Shown here: in pieces, positions 14,658 through 33,249 of the stretch
Layout of the letters: each line of letters begins with the position of its first letter
Position numbering within the stretch: position 1 is the stretch's first letter
Origin: Octopus vulgaris
Taxonomy: Eukaryota
Assembly: GCA_951406725.2 (NCBI GenBank)
Contig: OX597840.1
Coordinates: forward strand, 29,946,001 to 30,010,000
Direction: 5' to 3'
Length of the DNA stretch: 64,000 nt
Notes under the pieces: model-generated
Databases searched by the model: none
Seen by the model: only the letters and a program-made list of their open reading frames with translations
What the model was told of the DNA's origin: nothing
Position numbers and translations under genes: made by a program

Positions 14658-14749
14658 CGGAATTTCCGCAATGAGTTTCCTCCGATCGGCATTACATCAC
14701 TTTCGCGAAAGTTTTGGTTTCCACTTTGAAACAATCGACGGCGCCGTCG
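14658..14749. promoter_or_regulatory. CpG-rich palindrome cluster, candidate cis-regulatory module
   Basis: CGGAA-T-TTCCG (14658-68), CCGATCGG (14682-89), ACTTTCGCGAAAGT (14699-712), CGACGGCGCCGTCG (14736-49). Confidence 0.4.
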
Positions 14750-14939
14750 TAACCGGGAGAGTTCTTTCTTGTGTTGGATGCAGGCACATGCTTCACTGCA
14801 TACATGTGCAGTTTTATGCGTTGTGCAGTGTGAGTGGAGTGGGTGTTTACATGTGCATGTGTATACATGTGCATGTGTATACATGAGCATGTGTGTGTGT
14901 GTATGTGTGTACATGTGTATGTATCCATGCACAAGAAAT

Positions 14940-14985
<46 letters not shown>

Positions 14986-15080
14986 CATACATACATACAT
15001 AAAGACAGATATATATATACACATACATACATACATAAAGACAGATATATATATACACATACATACATACATAAAGACAG

Positions 15081-15112
<32 letters not shown>

Positions 15113-15113
<1 letters not shown>

Positions 15114-15310
15114 CACACATATATACACATATATGTGTGTATATATATAAATATATATACACACATATATGTGTGTATATATATAAATATATATACACAC
15201 ATATATGTGTGTATATATATAAATATATATACACACATATATGTGTGTGAAATGTGTATATATATAAATATATATACACACATATATGTGTGTGTGTGAA
15301 ATGTGTATAT
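15113..15310. repeat. 36-bp tandem repeat of a palindromic TA/CA/TG unit
   Basis: Unit contains the perfect palindrome ATATATACACACATATATGTGTGTATATAT; starts at 15149, 15185, 15221, 15266. Confidence 0.8.
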
Positions 15311-15917
15311 ATATATGTATATATATATATATATATACATATATATACACACACATATATATATATATATTATATGCATAAATATACATATATCTGTCTT
15401 TATATATATACGTATATATACACATACACATATATATATATACACAGATATATACGTATATATGCTCACATACATACACACATAAACAGACACAATCATA
15501 TATTTATATATATAAATATTTATACATATATAATTTACATATGTATATGCAGATATTTTATAAACAAATGTATTTAAGAATACACATATACATACATAAA
15601 TACATATATATATGTATATGTACATACATACATACATACACACATACATACATACATACATACATACATATTTATGTGTATGTATGTTAGAGTGTGTGTG
15701 GACATACAGACACATATACATATACGATGATGATTATATATAGAAATATATGCACAGACTCATACACACACACACAGACACGCACTCACTCACTCACACA
15801 CACACACACACACACATATATATTTGTGTGTGTGTATTAGTATGTGCATGAAAATATGAACATAAACAAAATTTGTTGTTTAAGAACATTATGTGAATGC
15901 AAATGTTCATACATAAT

Positions 15918-16045
<128 letters not shown>

Positions 16046-16092
16046 AAAAATGAAATATTTCCAAACCTTTACAGAACTGACATATAATAAAA

Positions 16093-16140
<48 letters not shown>

Positions 16141-16237
16141 CACCCACACACACATACATGTAAAAATTTATATTCATATCACCAATATATATATATATAT
16201 ATATATAAACACACCAGCATATATATATATATACATA

Positions 16238-16404
16238 TATACGACGGGCTTCTTTCAGTTTCCGTCTACCAAATCCACTCACAAGGCATTGGTCGGCCCG
16301 GGGCTATAGCAGAAGACACTTGCCCAAGATGCCACGCAGTGGGACTGAACCCGGAACCATGTGGTTGGTTAGCAAGCTACTTACCACACAGCCACTCCTG
16401 CGCC
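16238..16404 (-). mobile_element. SINE family A, 5' half
   Basis: Near-identical inverted partner at 16449; 23-bp direct repeat at 16159-16181 and 16405-16427. Confidence 0.9.
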
Positions 16405-16448
16405 TGTAAAAATTTATATTCATATCAATATATATATATATATATATA

Positions 16449-16616
16449 GGCGCAGGAGTGGCTGTGTGTGTAGCTTGCTAACCAACCACATGGTTCCGGG
16501 TTCAGTCCTACTGCATGGCATCTTGGGCAAGTGTCTTCTGCTATAGCCCCGGGCCGACCAATGCCTTGTGAGTGGATTTGGTAGACGGAAACTGAAAGAA
16601 GCCCGTCGTATATATG

Positions 16617-16649
<33 letters not shown>

Positions 16650-16869
16650 TTGTGTGTCTGTGTTTGTCCCCCTAGCATTGCTTGACAACCGATGCTGGTG
16701 TGTTTGCGTCCCCGTCACTTAGCGGTTCGGCAATAGAGACCGATAGAATAAGTACTGGGCTTACAAAGAATAAGTCCCGGGGTCGATTTGCTCGACTAAA
16801 AAAAAAGGCGGTGCTCCAGCATGGCCGCAGTCAAATGACTGAAACAAGTAAAAAGAGAAAAAAGAGAAA
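16449..16869 (+). mobile_element. SINE family A, full length
   Basis: Complete head-core-tail. Confidence 0.9.
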
Positions 16870-17551
16870 GATATATACACACACACATATATATATATAT
16901 ATACATGTTCACTAACACAACATGTGTAATCTTACCAAAAAACAAATATCATGAACATTATACATCATGAATAATCGACATAAACATTCATTTTAACACA
17001 GCACATGAATATAAATTTATGTGCATATATATACATATGTATATGTTTATATGTATACACACATACATTGTAAAATTAAACAACAAAAACAAATATTCCA
17101 AAATATAGTGTATATGTTCAATTATACATGTGTTTGTATGTATGTGTATCTCTGCATGTATTATGTTTGTATATATAAGTTTTTGTGTGTGTGTATATAT
17201 ACATATATATATATATATACATACATATATATATATACATACATACATACATACATACACACACACATACATACATACATACATACATACATACATACAT
17301 ACATGTATATACATACATACATACATATGTATATACATATATATATATATATATATGAATTACTATCTGTATTTATAGAAACATATCCACACATGTACAC
17401 CTATAGATATACACACATGGTAAGAATATATATGTATATACATATACATACACACAAATAGGAACTTGGAACTCTGAGTAACAGTTCTTATGATATTTTT
17501 GCTTCTTTTTAATAAAGTATATATATACATACACATATATACATTATATTC

Positions 17552-17583
<32 letters not shown>

Positions 17584-17584
17584 T

Positions 17585-17627
<43 letters not shown>

Positions 17628-17665
17628 GTATGTATATGCATATATATATGTTTATGAATATATAC

Positions 17666-17697
<32 letters not shown>

Positions 17698-18034
17698 ATG
17701 TATTATTTATGTGCACGATGACAAAAGTGTACAGAGACAATAGATATGCCTTTCCCAACCAGTAATATCCATCAATGGGTGATCACAGACAGCATATATC
17801 TATAGACACATAATCAGCTCTTTTGATATGGGAAATGCAGGTCTGAAGGGAAGAATAACGGAAATACTGATTTACATTGATCCTAGTTCGGTATTGATAA
17901 TTATTTTATCGATTTCTGACTGAAAAAGAAAATGTTGATACTCATAGAATTTGAACTCAGAATGTAAAGATTTACATTTATGTACCATTGGATATTTTGT
18001 CAAATGCTCCAAAGATTCCACTAGTCACTATGCC

Positions 18035-18109
<75 letters not shown>

Positions 18110-18115
18110 GTGTAT

Positions 18116-18161
<46 letters not shown>

Positions 18162-18267
18162 ATATATATAAAGTTAATCCAAACAAGAAAGCACAAAGAA
18201 ACACAACAACGCGAGGACGTGGAACAAATATAGTATTATTGGATGCTCAGGAAAGAAGGAAAGAAGA

Positions 18268-18335
<68 letters not shown>

Positions 18336-18414
18336 AGCATATATATATATATATACACACACATATATAGATATATACATATATACATATATATACATAT
18401 ATATATGTATATAT

Positions 18415-18475
<61 letters not shown>

Positions 18476-18584
18476 TGGCGATGCCCCAGCATGGCCACAG
18501 CTTGTGAGCTGAAACTAGATAAAAAATTTTTTTTAAATATGTAAAATGATAATAATAGCAAGACTATGAGTGACAATACCACCA

Positions 18585-18628
<44 letters not shown>

Positions 18629-18999
18629 ACACACACACACACATGTTGGTATCTACCTGAGTATCTATCTATTTATCTATGTATCTCTCAATCTGTCTAT
18701 CTGTCTGTCTGCTAGTCTAGTCTATCTGTCCATGTATCTAACTGTCCATGTATCTAACTGTCTGTCTATCTGTCTATCCATCCTTTTAGCCACCGATCAA
18801 TTTCACTATCTACCTCAGGTTTTTACTATGTATATACCCGTTTATAAATTTATCTATCTGTTACACCATATATCTATCCATCTATCCACCTATTTTTATT
18901 TAGCTGTATATCTATTTATATACCTGTCTTTATGTCTGTGCGTCTGATTATATATATGAATATATATGTATTTATGTGTATCTAAGTATATACTCATCT

Positions 19000-19642
<643 letters not shown>

Positions 19643-19681
19643 AATCTATCTATATCTCTCTCCCCTCTGCCTCCCCCTCTC

Positions 19682-19717
<36 letters not shown>

Positions 19718-19861
19718 TAGATATACACGAGTGTGTGTATATGTCTATATGTCTATCAATCTATCTATATACATATACTTGCATATATACACACATACAA
19801 AAGTTATACATATACATATAATTGTGTGTGTGTATTCATGTGTAAATACAAAATACACACT

Positions 19862-19892
<31 letters not shown>

Positions 19893-20097
19893 ACACACAC
19901 TGATATGTATCTAAATGTTATGAGGCTTTAACGCATATGCAATAAAGAGGATAAACATTAGCCAATGCAGAGCTCTACACTGAAGCTAGATTACAGACAT
20001 AAATTGTTCTCTCATAAATGTTAGCACTGACTCCTATGTTTTCATGCATGCAGCTCCACATGGCACATCTCATCATTGGGAACTGTCACACCTTACG

Positions 20098-20454
<357 letters not shown>

Positions 20455-20455
<1 letters not shown>

Positions 20456-20845
20456 TGTGGTAAGAAGCTTGCTTATGAACAACATGGTTCCGGGTTCATT
20501 CCCACTGCGTGGCACCTTGGGCAAGTGTCTTCTACTATAGCTTTGGGCCGACCAAAGCTTTGTGAGTGGATTTGGTAGACGGAAACTGAAAGAAGTCCGT
20601 CGAATGTAAATATATATATATATGTGTGTATGTGTGTATATGTTTGTGTGTCTGTGTTTGTCCCCCCAACATCACTTGACAACTGATAGTGGTGTGTTTA
20701 TGTCTCTGTAACTTAGTGGTTCAGCAAAAGAGACCGATAGGATAAATACTAGGCTTCCAAAGAATAAGTCATGGGGTCGATTTGCTCAACTAAAGGCGGT
20801 GCTCCAGCATGGGCCACAGTCAAATGACTGAAACAAGTAAAAGAA
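20455..20845 (+). mobile_element. SINE family A
   Basis: Homology to 11142-11551; slightly 5' truncated. Confidence 0.9.
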
Positions 20846-20926
20846 TATATACATACATATCTATGTGGATTGTTGGCGGTTTCTTCCTCCGTCTTCCGCT
20901 TTTTCTTGGACTTTCCTCTGTCTCCT

Positions 20927-20960
20927 GTTTCTGAAGATGAGCTTTGCTTGAAACGTAAAC
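20927..20960 (+). ncRNA. Minimal type I hammerhead ribozyme motif in a ~210-bp P1-related element (~20862-21075)
   Basis: GTTT-CTGAAGA-T-GAGC(TTT)GCTT-GAAAC-GT-A-AAC; GUA triplet; stem I shortened by one base. Confidence 0.6.
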
Positions 20961-21075
20961 CCACCTTTCTTTCCTTCCCTGAGCATCTGTTAATACTTTG
21001 CCTTATTGATTGCATTGTCCTTGCATTGTTGTTTGTTTTCTTCTTCTTGAGTTTCTTCTTCATTTTGGGGGATTA

Positions 21076-21107
<32 letters not shown>

Positions 21108-22070
21108 CCGATGTGTATATATATATATATATATTCATCCCTAGTTGAAAGACACCTGTTGTTATGTCCTGTTATCATTATTATCATTTATTATTTTTAT
21201 TGTATTTTTGTATTTATATTCGTGTAACATCCTCTGTTTTTCCGTCCTTGTTTTCGTATACATTCCATGCTTTCTTCCAAGGAATCTAATATTCTTAACC
21301 TAGTTTTTTCTCGGGGCTGGCCTGATTGGAGCAATCTCAAGATTAATCAGCCAAAATTGCAAGGATGATCCGGTTCTTGACTGAGGATAAAAAGCTTCGA
21401 ATGACCCGTCCTTGTTTTTTTGTATTGTCTATCTGGATGTTTTGTTGTCCCTTTTGTATCACCTAGTTGTCCGGATGTTTTGCGTTCTTGTCCCATTTTG
21501 TGTATTCCCTTCTTTGTTCCACGTCCTCGCGTTGTTGTGTTTTTTTTTGTGTTTTCTTGTTTGGATTAACTTTATATATATATATTATCAACACCATTAT
21601 CATCATTTTATTTCTGATTTCCATGCTGGCATGAGTTGGACAGTTTGACCAGAGCCGGTAAAGCTAGATGTTACCCGGTTTCCATTGTCTGTTCTGACAT
21701 GGTTTCCATGCCTTGATGCCATTCCGAACACCAACTGCTCCACAGTGTGTACGAGATAACTTTATGTGGCACCAACACCAATACTTTAAACGTGGCACCA
21801 GTGCCAGTGTTTTACATGTGGCACCAGAACTGGTGTCAATTCCCTTGTGGTGGACGGGTCTGTCTGAGTATGTACTTGTGTCTGTGCTTGGCCCTCCACT
21901 GCTACCTGATAACCAGTGTTGGCACATTTACATCCATGTAACTTAGTGGTTCAGTAAAAGCGACTGATAGAATAATTACCAGGCTTAATAGACATAAGTC
22001 CTAAGATCAATTTATTCAACTAAGATCCTTCAAGACGGTGACTGAAACAAGCAAAAGACTAAAAGAGTGT

Positions 22071-22110
<40 letters not shown>

Positions 22111-22280
22111 CAGGCTTCTTTCAATTTCTGTCAACTAAATGAAATCACAATAGCCTGATGCTACAGAAAAAGAAGCATTTTTCCCACAGTGGGAGAGAAC
22201 CTGGAACCATGCGGTTAGGAAGCAAGCTTTTTACCACACAGTCCCACCATGTTGACGATGATGATATATATATAATCATA

Positions 22281-22879
22281 GGTGGCGAGCTGGCAGAAAC
22301 GTTAGCACATCGGGCGAAATGCGTAACTGTATTTCGTCTGCCATTACATTCTGAGTTCAAATTCTGCCGAGGTCGACTTTGCTTTTCATCCTTTCGGGGT
22401 CGATAAATTAAGTACCAGTTACGCACTGGGGTCGATGTAATCGACTTAATACCTATGTCTGTCCTTGTTTGTCCCCTCTGTGTTTAGCCCCTTGTGGGTA
22501 ATAAAGAAATAGGTATTTCGTCTGCCATTACGTTCTGAATTCAAATTCTGCCGAGGTCGACTTTGCCTTTCATCCTTTTGGGGTCGATAAATTAAGTACC
22601 AGTTATGCACTGGGGTCGATAAAATTGACTTAATACCTATGTCAGTCCTTGTTTGTCCCCTTTGTGTTTAGCCCCTTGTGGGTAATAAAGAAATAGGTAT
22701 TTCGTCTGCCATTACGTTCTGAGTTCAAATTCCGCCGAGGTCAACTTTGCTTTTCATCCTTTTGGGGTCGATAAATTAAGTACCAGTTACGCACTGGGGT
22801 CAATATAATCGACTTAAACCGTTTGTCTGTCCTTGTTTATTTCCTCTGTGTTTAGCCCCTTGTGGGTAATAAAGAAATA
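22281..22879 (+). mobile_element. SINE family B, trimeric
   Basis: GTATTTCGTCTGCC recurs at 22329, 22513 and 22697 (period 184); flanked by GATATATA(TA)TAATCAT direct repeats. Confidence 0.9.
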
Positions 22880-23085
22880 GATATATATAATCATCATCAT
22901 CCTAATCATTATTTAATGTCCACCGATGATGATGAGTAATAGATATATATATATATAATCATCATCATCATCATCATCCTCATCATTGTTTAATGACCAC
23001 CGATGATGATGAGTATATATATATATTTTTGTATGTATATTTGCTCTTCTGTATACTGAGTTCTCTGTCTTTCACTAGTAAAACC

Positions 23086-23130
<45 letters not shown>

Positions 23131-23470
23131 TACCCCCAACATATGATGTCACACCACTTGACACATGTGGTTTATCTCTGAAAATATATGTCAGTCAGTC
23201 TTAATTAGTGTCAAAGGTGAGCTTCGTTAAATTCACACTGCATCCATCACCTGGTCACACAGTGAAGATTATGAGATAAATTTAATAGATTTACCAATTC
23301 CACCAACATGTTTTCCATTTTTAGATTAATATCCTGATAGAGACGAAGTTCGTCAGAAAATTTCCCTTAACGATTTTTCAATATGAACTTTGAATGGCTT
23401 TCAATTAATAAAGTGCAGTTGTAGATATTGTTGTTGATGATGATGATGATGATGATGATGTTGTTGTTGT

Positions 23471-23505
<35 letters not shown>

Positions 23506-23713
23506 CTGTTGTTGTTATTCTGGTGTTGCTGTTACGGTTGTTGTTAGCGCTGTTGTGTGGTCCTCAGGTCAGCCATGATCAAACAGATATATGATTAAAG
23601 ACGTTCCCACCATGACCATAACATTGGTTTATCTGTAATCTATGATTGCTATGTTAAATGTTTGTTTTCTTGTTGCTGTTGCTGTTGTTGTTGATAATGG
23701 TACTGTATAACTT

Positions 23714-23756
<43 letters not shown>

Positions 23757-23899
23757 AAATTAGAGACAAAACCACTAATTGGATTCAATCTTAAATCCGG
23801 TTCTTCACTGAAGATTAAAGGCTTCGAATGACCCGTCCGTGTTTTTTTATATCGCCTATCTGGATGTTTTGCGTTCTCGTCCCATTTTGTATTTTTATG

Positions 23900-23954
<55 letters not shown>

Positions 23955-24134
23955 ACATATATATATATACATGTAAACATATATATATATATATATACAT
24001 GTATACATATATATATATATAGAGAGAGAGAGAGCACAAAATACGATCATAAAATAAAGAAAAAATATATATAATGAAAAATCATTAAATAATGCATGTA
24101 TAGATATGTGTGTGTGTATGTGTATGTATGTATG

Positions 24135-24205
<71 letters not shown>

Positions 24206-24842
24206 CATACACACACACACTCATTTATATACATATATAGTAACAATAAACACAGAAAATGAAATTCATATACATACAAGCATCAACCTGTAAAGCATAG
24301 CAAAAAAAATATCAAAAAAGTATCAGGGATTATTTATATTTTAATTCTACTCTACAGCTGTTTCAATGATTAGGATACAAATGTGATTGGCTATAGAATT
24401 ATATAATATATATAAACACACATAATTAATTTTCATGTGATAAACATGAGCTGAAAAGTTCAAAAGTTCATAGGCTGACTATGAAAGAATGATGACTGCA
24501 AACTGTGACATCATTCTCCAAACTGTATTTCTTATTTTCTGTATGTGCAAGGAACAGAGGCTCATCATTGGTTGATTAAATCCTGATGGAGGTGAAACAC
24601 ATTCCACTGTTTTTAGTCTTTCTACTAATCTGTCTTCTCTGTGTCGAAATCGCAGTGTAACAAACAATTACATTTATGAGTGGTTATATATTGTGATGAG
24701 CAAATGAATGCATACGTATGTATGTGAGTGTTCCTGTGTGTGTTTATGTGCATGTGTGTATATATGAACTATAGAATGTTTGGTCACTGGAGAAAGTAGA
24801 CTGTGTGGCCATGTTTTGCTCAGACAATGTTATTGACAAAGT

Positions 24843-24974
24843 GCTTACGAACCACATGGTTCCGAGTTCATTCCCACTGTGTGGCACCTTGGGCAAGTGT
24901 CTTCTAATATAGCCTCATGCCGACCAAAGCTTTGTAAGTAGATTTGGTATATGGAAACTGAAAGAAGCCCATCG

Positions 24975-25007
<33 letters not shown>

Positions 25008-25216
25008 GTGTGTCTGTGTTTGTCCCCCCCCAACATCACTTGACACACCGATGCTGGTGTGTTTACAGCCCTGTAACTTAGTGGTTTGGCCAAAGAGACC
25101 GATGGAATAAGTACCAAGCTTCGAAAGAATAAGTCCTGGGGTCGATTTGCTCGACTAATGGTGGTGCTCCAGCATGGCCGCTGTCAAATGACTGAAACAA
25201 GTAAAAAAAAAAAAGA
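24843..25216 (+). mobile_element. SINE family A
   Basis: Homology to other A copies. Confidence 0.85.
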
Positions 25217-25566
25217 GTATATATGTATATGTATATATATATATCTATATATCTATATCTATATATATATATATTATATATATATATATATTTATATATA
25301 GTCCTAATATTCTGTATTCAGTTAATATTGTTTGGCTCTGCAGATTATACCGACCTAGCAAAAGTGCCTCAATTTAAGTACCTAATTCACCTCAATCATA
25401 ACTATATTTCATAAATATAAATCATTTTCAGGATCCAATAGAGTCAAGGTATTTTCATAACAAGGGCACCAAACTAGAGATTGAGGACAGTATATTCGTG
25501 TATCAACAGTGTGTACAGACACTTTATGATCATATATCATCTTCAATGAAACATTCCATCATATGT

Positions 25567-25607
<41 letters not shown>

Positions 25608-25619
25608 CATGATCATTGC

Positions 25620-25883
25620 ATAGAGATGCAATGGCCCAGTGGTTAGGGCAGCGAACTCGGGCGTTGTGAGTATTTATTGAGCGTAAACACCTAAAGCTCC
25701 ATGAGGATCTGGCAGAGGGTGGTGGCGATCCCTGCCTTACTCTTTTGCCACAACTTTCTTTCACTCTTTCTTCTGTTGGCCTGCTCACTTAGCCAGTGGG
25801 GGGGCGTCATTTGAAGGCTAAAACAATGTGAAGTGCATTGTGACCAGCAATGTGTAGTAACATCTGATTGCCTGGTCAGTGAT
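25620..25883 (+). mobile_element. SINE family C with an alternative tail
   Basis: Head TGGCCCAGTGGTTAGGGCAGCG; tail CATTTGAAGGCTAAAACAATG...GCCTGGTC also seen at ~672-768 and ~41290-41385. Confidence 0.75.
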
Positions 25884-25939
25884 ATATATGTATATATATA
25901 TCAGGGGCGGGGTGAGTAAACATTTTGAAATATGAAATT

Positions 25940-26886
25940 CATCACAATATATTTCGTCAATGCGGAAATTTTATTCATCAAAATAAGTATTAGTACAATC
26001 AACACATTTTTGGCAATGAATTACAAGGTTGTTTATTTTGGTAGCATAAAGATCTGGAGTTCTGCAGTTGATGAACTCTTTGAATGCACTTTCAGCATTG
26101 GTTTGATTTTTGAACTCCTTCTCCCACAGGAAATCATCAAGATGCTTGAAAAGTGGTAGTTTGTAGGAGAAAAGTTTGGGGAATAAGCTGGGTGAGGAAG
26201 AACTTCGTAGCCGAGTTCCCTCAACTTCTGAAATGTCATTAGTGAAACGTGTGGTCAAGCATTGTCATGAAGATGACCGGCCCTCTTTTGTGCTGTTCAA
26301 GAATTTTGGACCTAGAGATCTCCACTTCCAGCGACTTCGAGGGCCACCTCCCTGTGGTGTCAGGCATCAATGAAGAGCCCTTGACTACAAGACGACCAAA
26401 GGTTTTTTTTTCCAAGGTCTGGGGTCTCCCGCCCCTAAGCCCTAGACCATCACCTTAATCACCCTTACCCGTCTTGTTGCTTAACAACAATAGCCCCCTT
26501 CATTTGACTAGTTTGGGTGGGAGGAGTAGCAGTTTTTCATTCATTTTGTCAATTTCATGGCAATATGTTTCTGCAATAATGCTTTTTCTGGGTTTTAAGA
26601 AGTTCTTGAGGATGAATCCAGCAGTACACCACCATACAGTCACTGTAACCTTCTTTTTGAAGATTTTGGATTAAAGGAAGGTTTTTGGTGCTTTGTTTTG
26701 GGCCAGCCACAGTGAAGAAAAAAATTTTATTATTGTATAGAATCCACTTTTCATCACAAATTACAATATGGTTGAGAAATGGATCAGTCTGGTTATGGAG
26801 AAGAAGCGATGAGCAAATTTCTGCAAAAATCTGGTACAAATACTTCATTGTTCATGGTTCAAAACATTGCTTACTTTTTACTTAAC

Positions 26887-26890
<4 letters not shown>
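25940..26890 (-). pseudogene. Decayed mariner transposase (Hsmar1/SETMAR-like), interrupted by an insertion
   Basis: Minus peptides PFLNHIVICDEKWILYNN, LHDNA*PH, YEVLPHPAYSPNFSPTNYH, KHLDDFL...QKCVDC; stops and frameshifts. Confidence 0.9.
26274..26489 (+). mobile_element. (AAC)-tailed retroelement fragment inserted in the mariner
   Basis: Homologous to 13245-13446; splits the transposase just before LHDNA. Confidence 0.75.
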
Positions 26891-26929
<39 letters not shown>

Positions 26930-26937
26930 AAGGCCTA

Positions 26938-26996
26938 ATAACTGAAGAGATGATGGTGTGGGTTTCCGTCCTGACATCTGAAACTTGGAGTTTTAT
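26938..26996 (+). ncRNA. Type I hammerhead-like motif
   Basis: Stem I ATAA/TTAT, CTGAAGA, stem II GATG/CATC, one extra T, GAAA, stem III ACT(TGG)AGT, GUU triplet. Confidence 0.55.
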
Positions 26997-27034
26997 CATG
27001 GCTACCAAATAATTGTCACAAATTACATTTACAG

Positions 27035-31011
<3,977 letters not shown>

Positions 31012-31098
31012 GAGAGTTTAACGAAAAAACAAAGGACGAAGACAGGTAGTGTACAAAACAAACAGATGTATTAGTGTAACGCTCAGGAATAGAAAAAG

Positions 31099-31136
31099 TC
31101 TTTTACGTTTCAAGCCTACACTCTTCTACAGAAAGA
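31099..31136 (-). ncRNA. Hammerhead-like motif with A6U core in P2 element 31008-31198
   Basis: Minus: TCTTT-CTGTAGA-A-GAGT(GTAG)GCTT-GAAAC-GT-A-AAAGA. Confidence 0.55.
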
Positions 31137-31218
31137 TACACAGAAAAAAACAAGGAGAGAAAAAAAATGTGTGTAGTGGTTAACGATCTATCATGGTGAT
31201 ATGTGTGTGTGTGTGTGT

Positions 31219-31269
31219 AGCAAAACTGTCTGATGAACGCAACGAGAACTCAGAGTAACAGATTTTGTT
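31219..31269 (+). ncRNA. Hammerhead-like motif with long stem I and a damaged GAAA
   Basis: AGCAAAACTGT-CTGATGA-ACGCAAC-GAGA-ACTC(A)GAGT-A-ACAGATTTTGTT; ~11-bp stem I, GUA triplet. Confidence 0.5.
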
Positions 31270-31293
31270 GAATTTTCTGCTGCTTAAATAAAG

Positions 31294-31326
<33 letters not shown>

Positions 31327-31420
31327 ATATATACATACATATATATATATATACACAGACATATGCGTGTGTATATATATATATATATGTATGTATATAC
31401 ATGTCTCTCTCTGTGTATAA

Positions 31421-31459
<39 letters not shown>

Positions 31460-31956
31460 ATATATATAGATATGTATATGTATATCTATATATGTGTTGG
31501 GTATGTAATATAGATATACAGATAGAAAGCTAGATAAATAGACAGACAGACAAACAGACAGACAGACAGGCAGGCAGATTGACAGGCAGACAGGCAGGTA
31601 GATAGACAGATAAATTGGTAGGTAGACAGATAATTTAATAGTCAGCAAGATAGATTCATTGATATGCATATGCTTTTTGTAAACATCAGCGTGATAAACT
31701 CCAAACACAAGATATTGAACAAATATAGCTTATTGTATTTATTCCGTCAGTGTTGCATAGACATTCACTTCTCTCGCTCGCTATTGGAAGCACAACAAAC
31801 CATCAGAGATTGGCCCAGTCAAAACTTATCAACAGCTACCGACTATGCTTTCACAAAGCAGACATACGTACATAGATACGTAGATGAATACATACAAATG
31901 TACATACATGAATACATACATACATACATACATACATACATACATACATGAATATA

Positions 31957-31992
<36 letters not shown>

Positions 31993-32147
31993 TATAGATA
32001 TAGATATATATTCTTAATAATTTGCTCAGACATAGCAATACTTGTAACCAGTTGTAGAACTAAATATACATACACTTCAGAATGGAATGAAGTGTTAGTT
32101 GAATACAGAGTATAATATGACTTATATACATTTATGTGTATATATTA

Positions 32148-32199
<52 letters not shown>

Positions 32200-32274
32200 C
32201 ATGCCATGATAGATCGTTAGCTCCTACATGCATTTTTTTTCTCTCCTTGTTTCTCTCCTTGTTTTTTCTGTGTA

Positions 32275-32312
32275 TCTTTCTGTTGAAGAGCATAGGCTCG
32301 AAACATAAAAGA
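32275..32312 (+). ncRNA. Hammerhead-like motif with A6U core in P2 element ~32200-32405
   Basis: TCTTT-CTGTTGA-A-GAGC(ATAG)GCTC-GAAAC-AT-A-AAAGA. Confidence 0.5.
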
Positions 32313-32607
32313 CTTTTTCTATTCCTGAGCGCCATACTAATACATTTGTTTGTTTTGTACTCCACCTGCCTTCGTCTTTTGTTTATTTTCGTAAACTTTC
32401 CTTTTTATATATATATATATATATATATAACAAAGTGGAGTTGTGGGTTACCGCACGAGTGGAATTATATACGAAAGAAGGTTTGAAAATGCAATTTAAA
32501 AGATGTTTATTTACTTTACCGGTTTCACTCTTTGGAAAAAGATTGTCAAAAGTAACATGTAGAAGTTTGGTTGCGTTAATTATTGGTTGTTGCAAATTGC
32601 TACATTA

Positions 32608-32982
32608 CATATATACAGTCTTTGGTAACAGGGACATGTTAAGGATATAAAAAAGTTCAACAAGTTCCTTAAAATATTGGGCACAAAAGATTACTACATA
32701 AATAATCGTTCTCAAGGACATGCTTAAGATAGTTTCCAGAAGGAATTGATATTGGTATTGTATCTGTATATTCAAACATGCACAGAATATTGGTTGACAG
32801 AGAGTACTACAATCCATATAAATATACAGTCTTTGGTGACAACAGTATGTTGAGAATATAAAAAAGTTTAACAAGCTCATTGAAATAATGGGCAGAAAAG
32901 ATTAAAACAAATATATTATACATTCTCAAGATAATTTCCAGAAGGAATTATTTAAAAAGTTCGGTATACACGTACAGAATAT
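32608..32982 (+). repeat. Old tandem duplication, period ~211 bp
   Basis: ATATACAGTCTTTGGT at 32611 and 32822; shared TTTCCAGAAGGAATT and CAGAATATT. Confidence 0.75.
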
Positions 32983-33249
32983 TATGAGTTCAAAAAGATT
33001 TACATTATAATAGTAGTGAAGCAAAAACTGACCTGTCCGCTATGGTAGCGTAAAAGGGGGAGTAATGTGGAACTGAAAAGAATTTACCCTTTTTTTGTCT
33101 CTCCTTCAAACATCAATGCTATATATATATATATAGCTGCTATATAGTGGGGTTCATTGATCAAATTGATTAATACCACCCCCTCTTGAGGTAATTTTTT
33201 CACTGTTTCTGTTGTCATGGTGAGTATCCTCTTAAAAAGAAATTAGTAT

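Noticed and set aside
23310-23345. Acceptor TTTTCCATTTTTAG as a possible exon 2
   Set aside because: In phase 1 it hits TAA immediately
21378-23838. CTGAGGA/CTGAAGA...CGAATGACCCGTC in two copies of a TA-flanked repeat as hammerheads
   Set aside because: No GAAA and no credible stems I-III
24345-24365. Minus-strand GAAACAGCTGTA half hammerhead
   Set aside because: No matching CTGANGA or stem I arm found; possibly truncated, but unsupported
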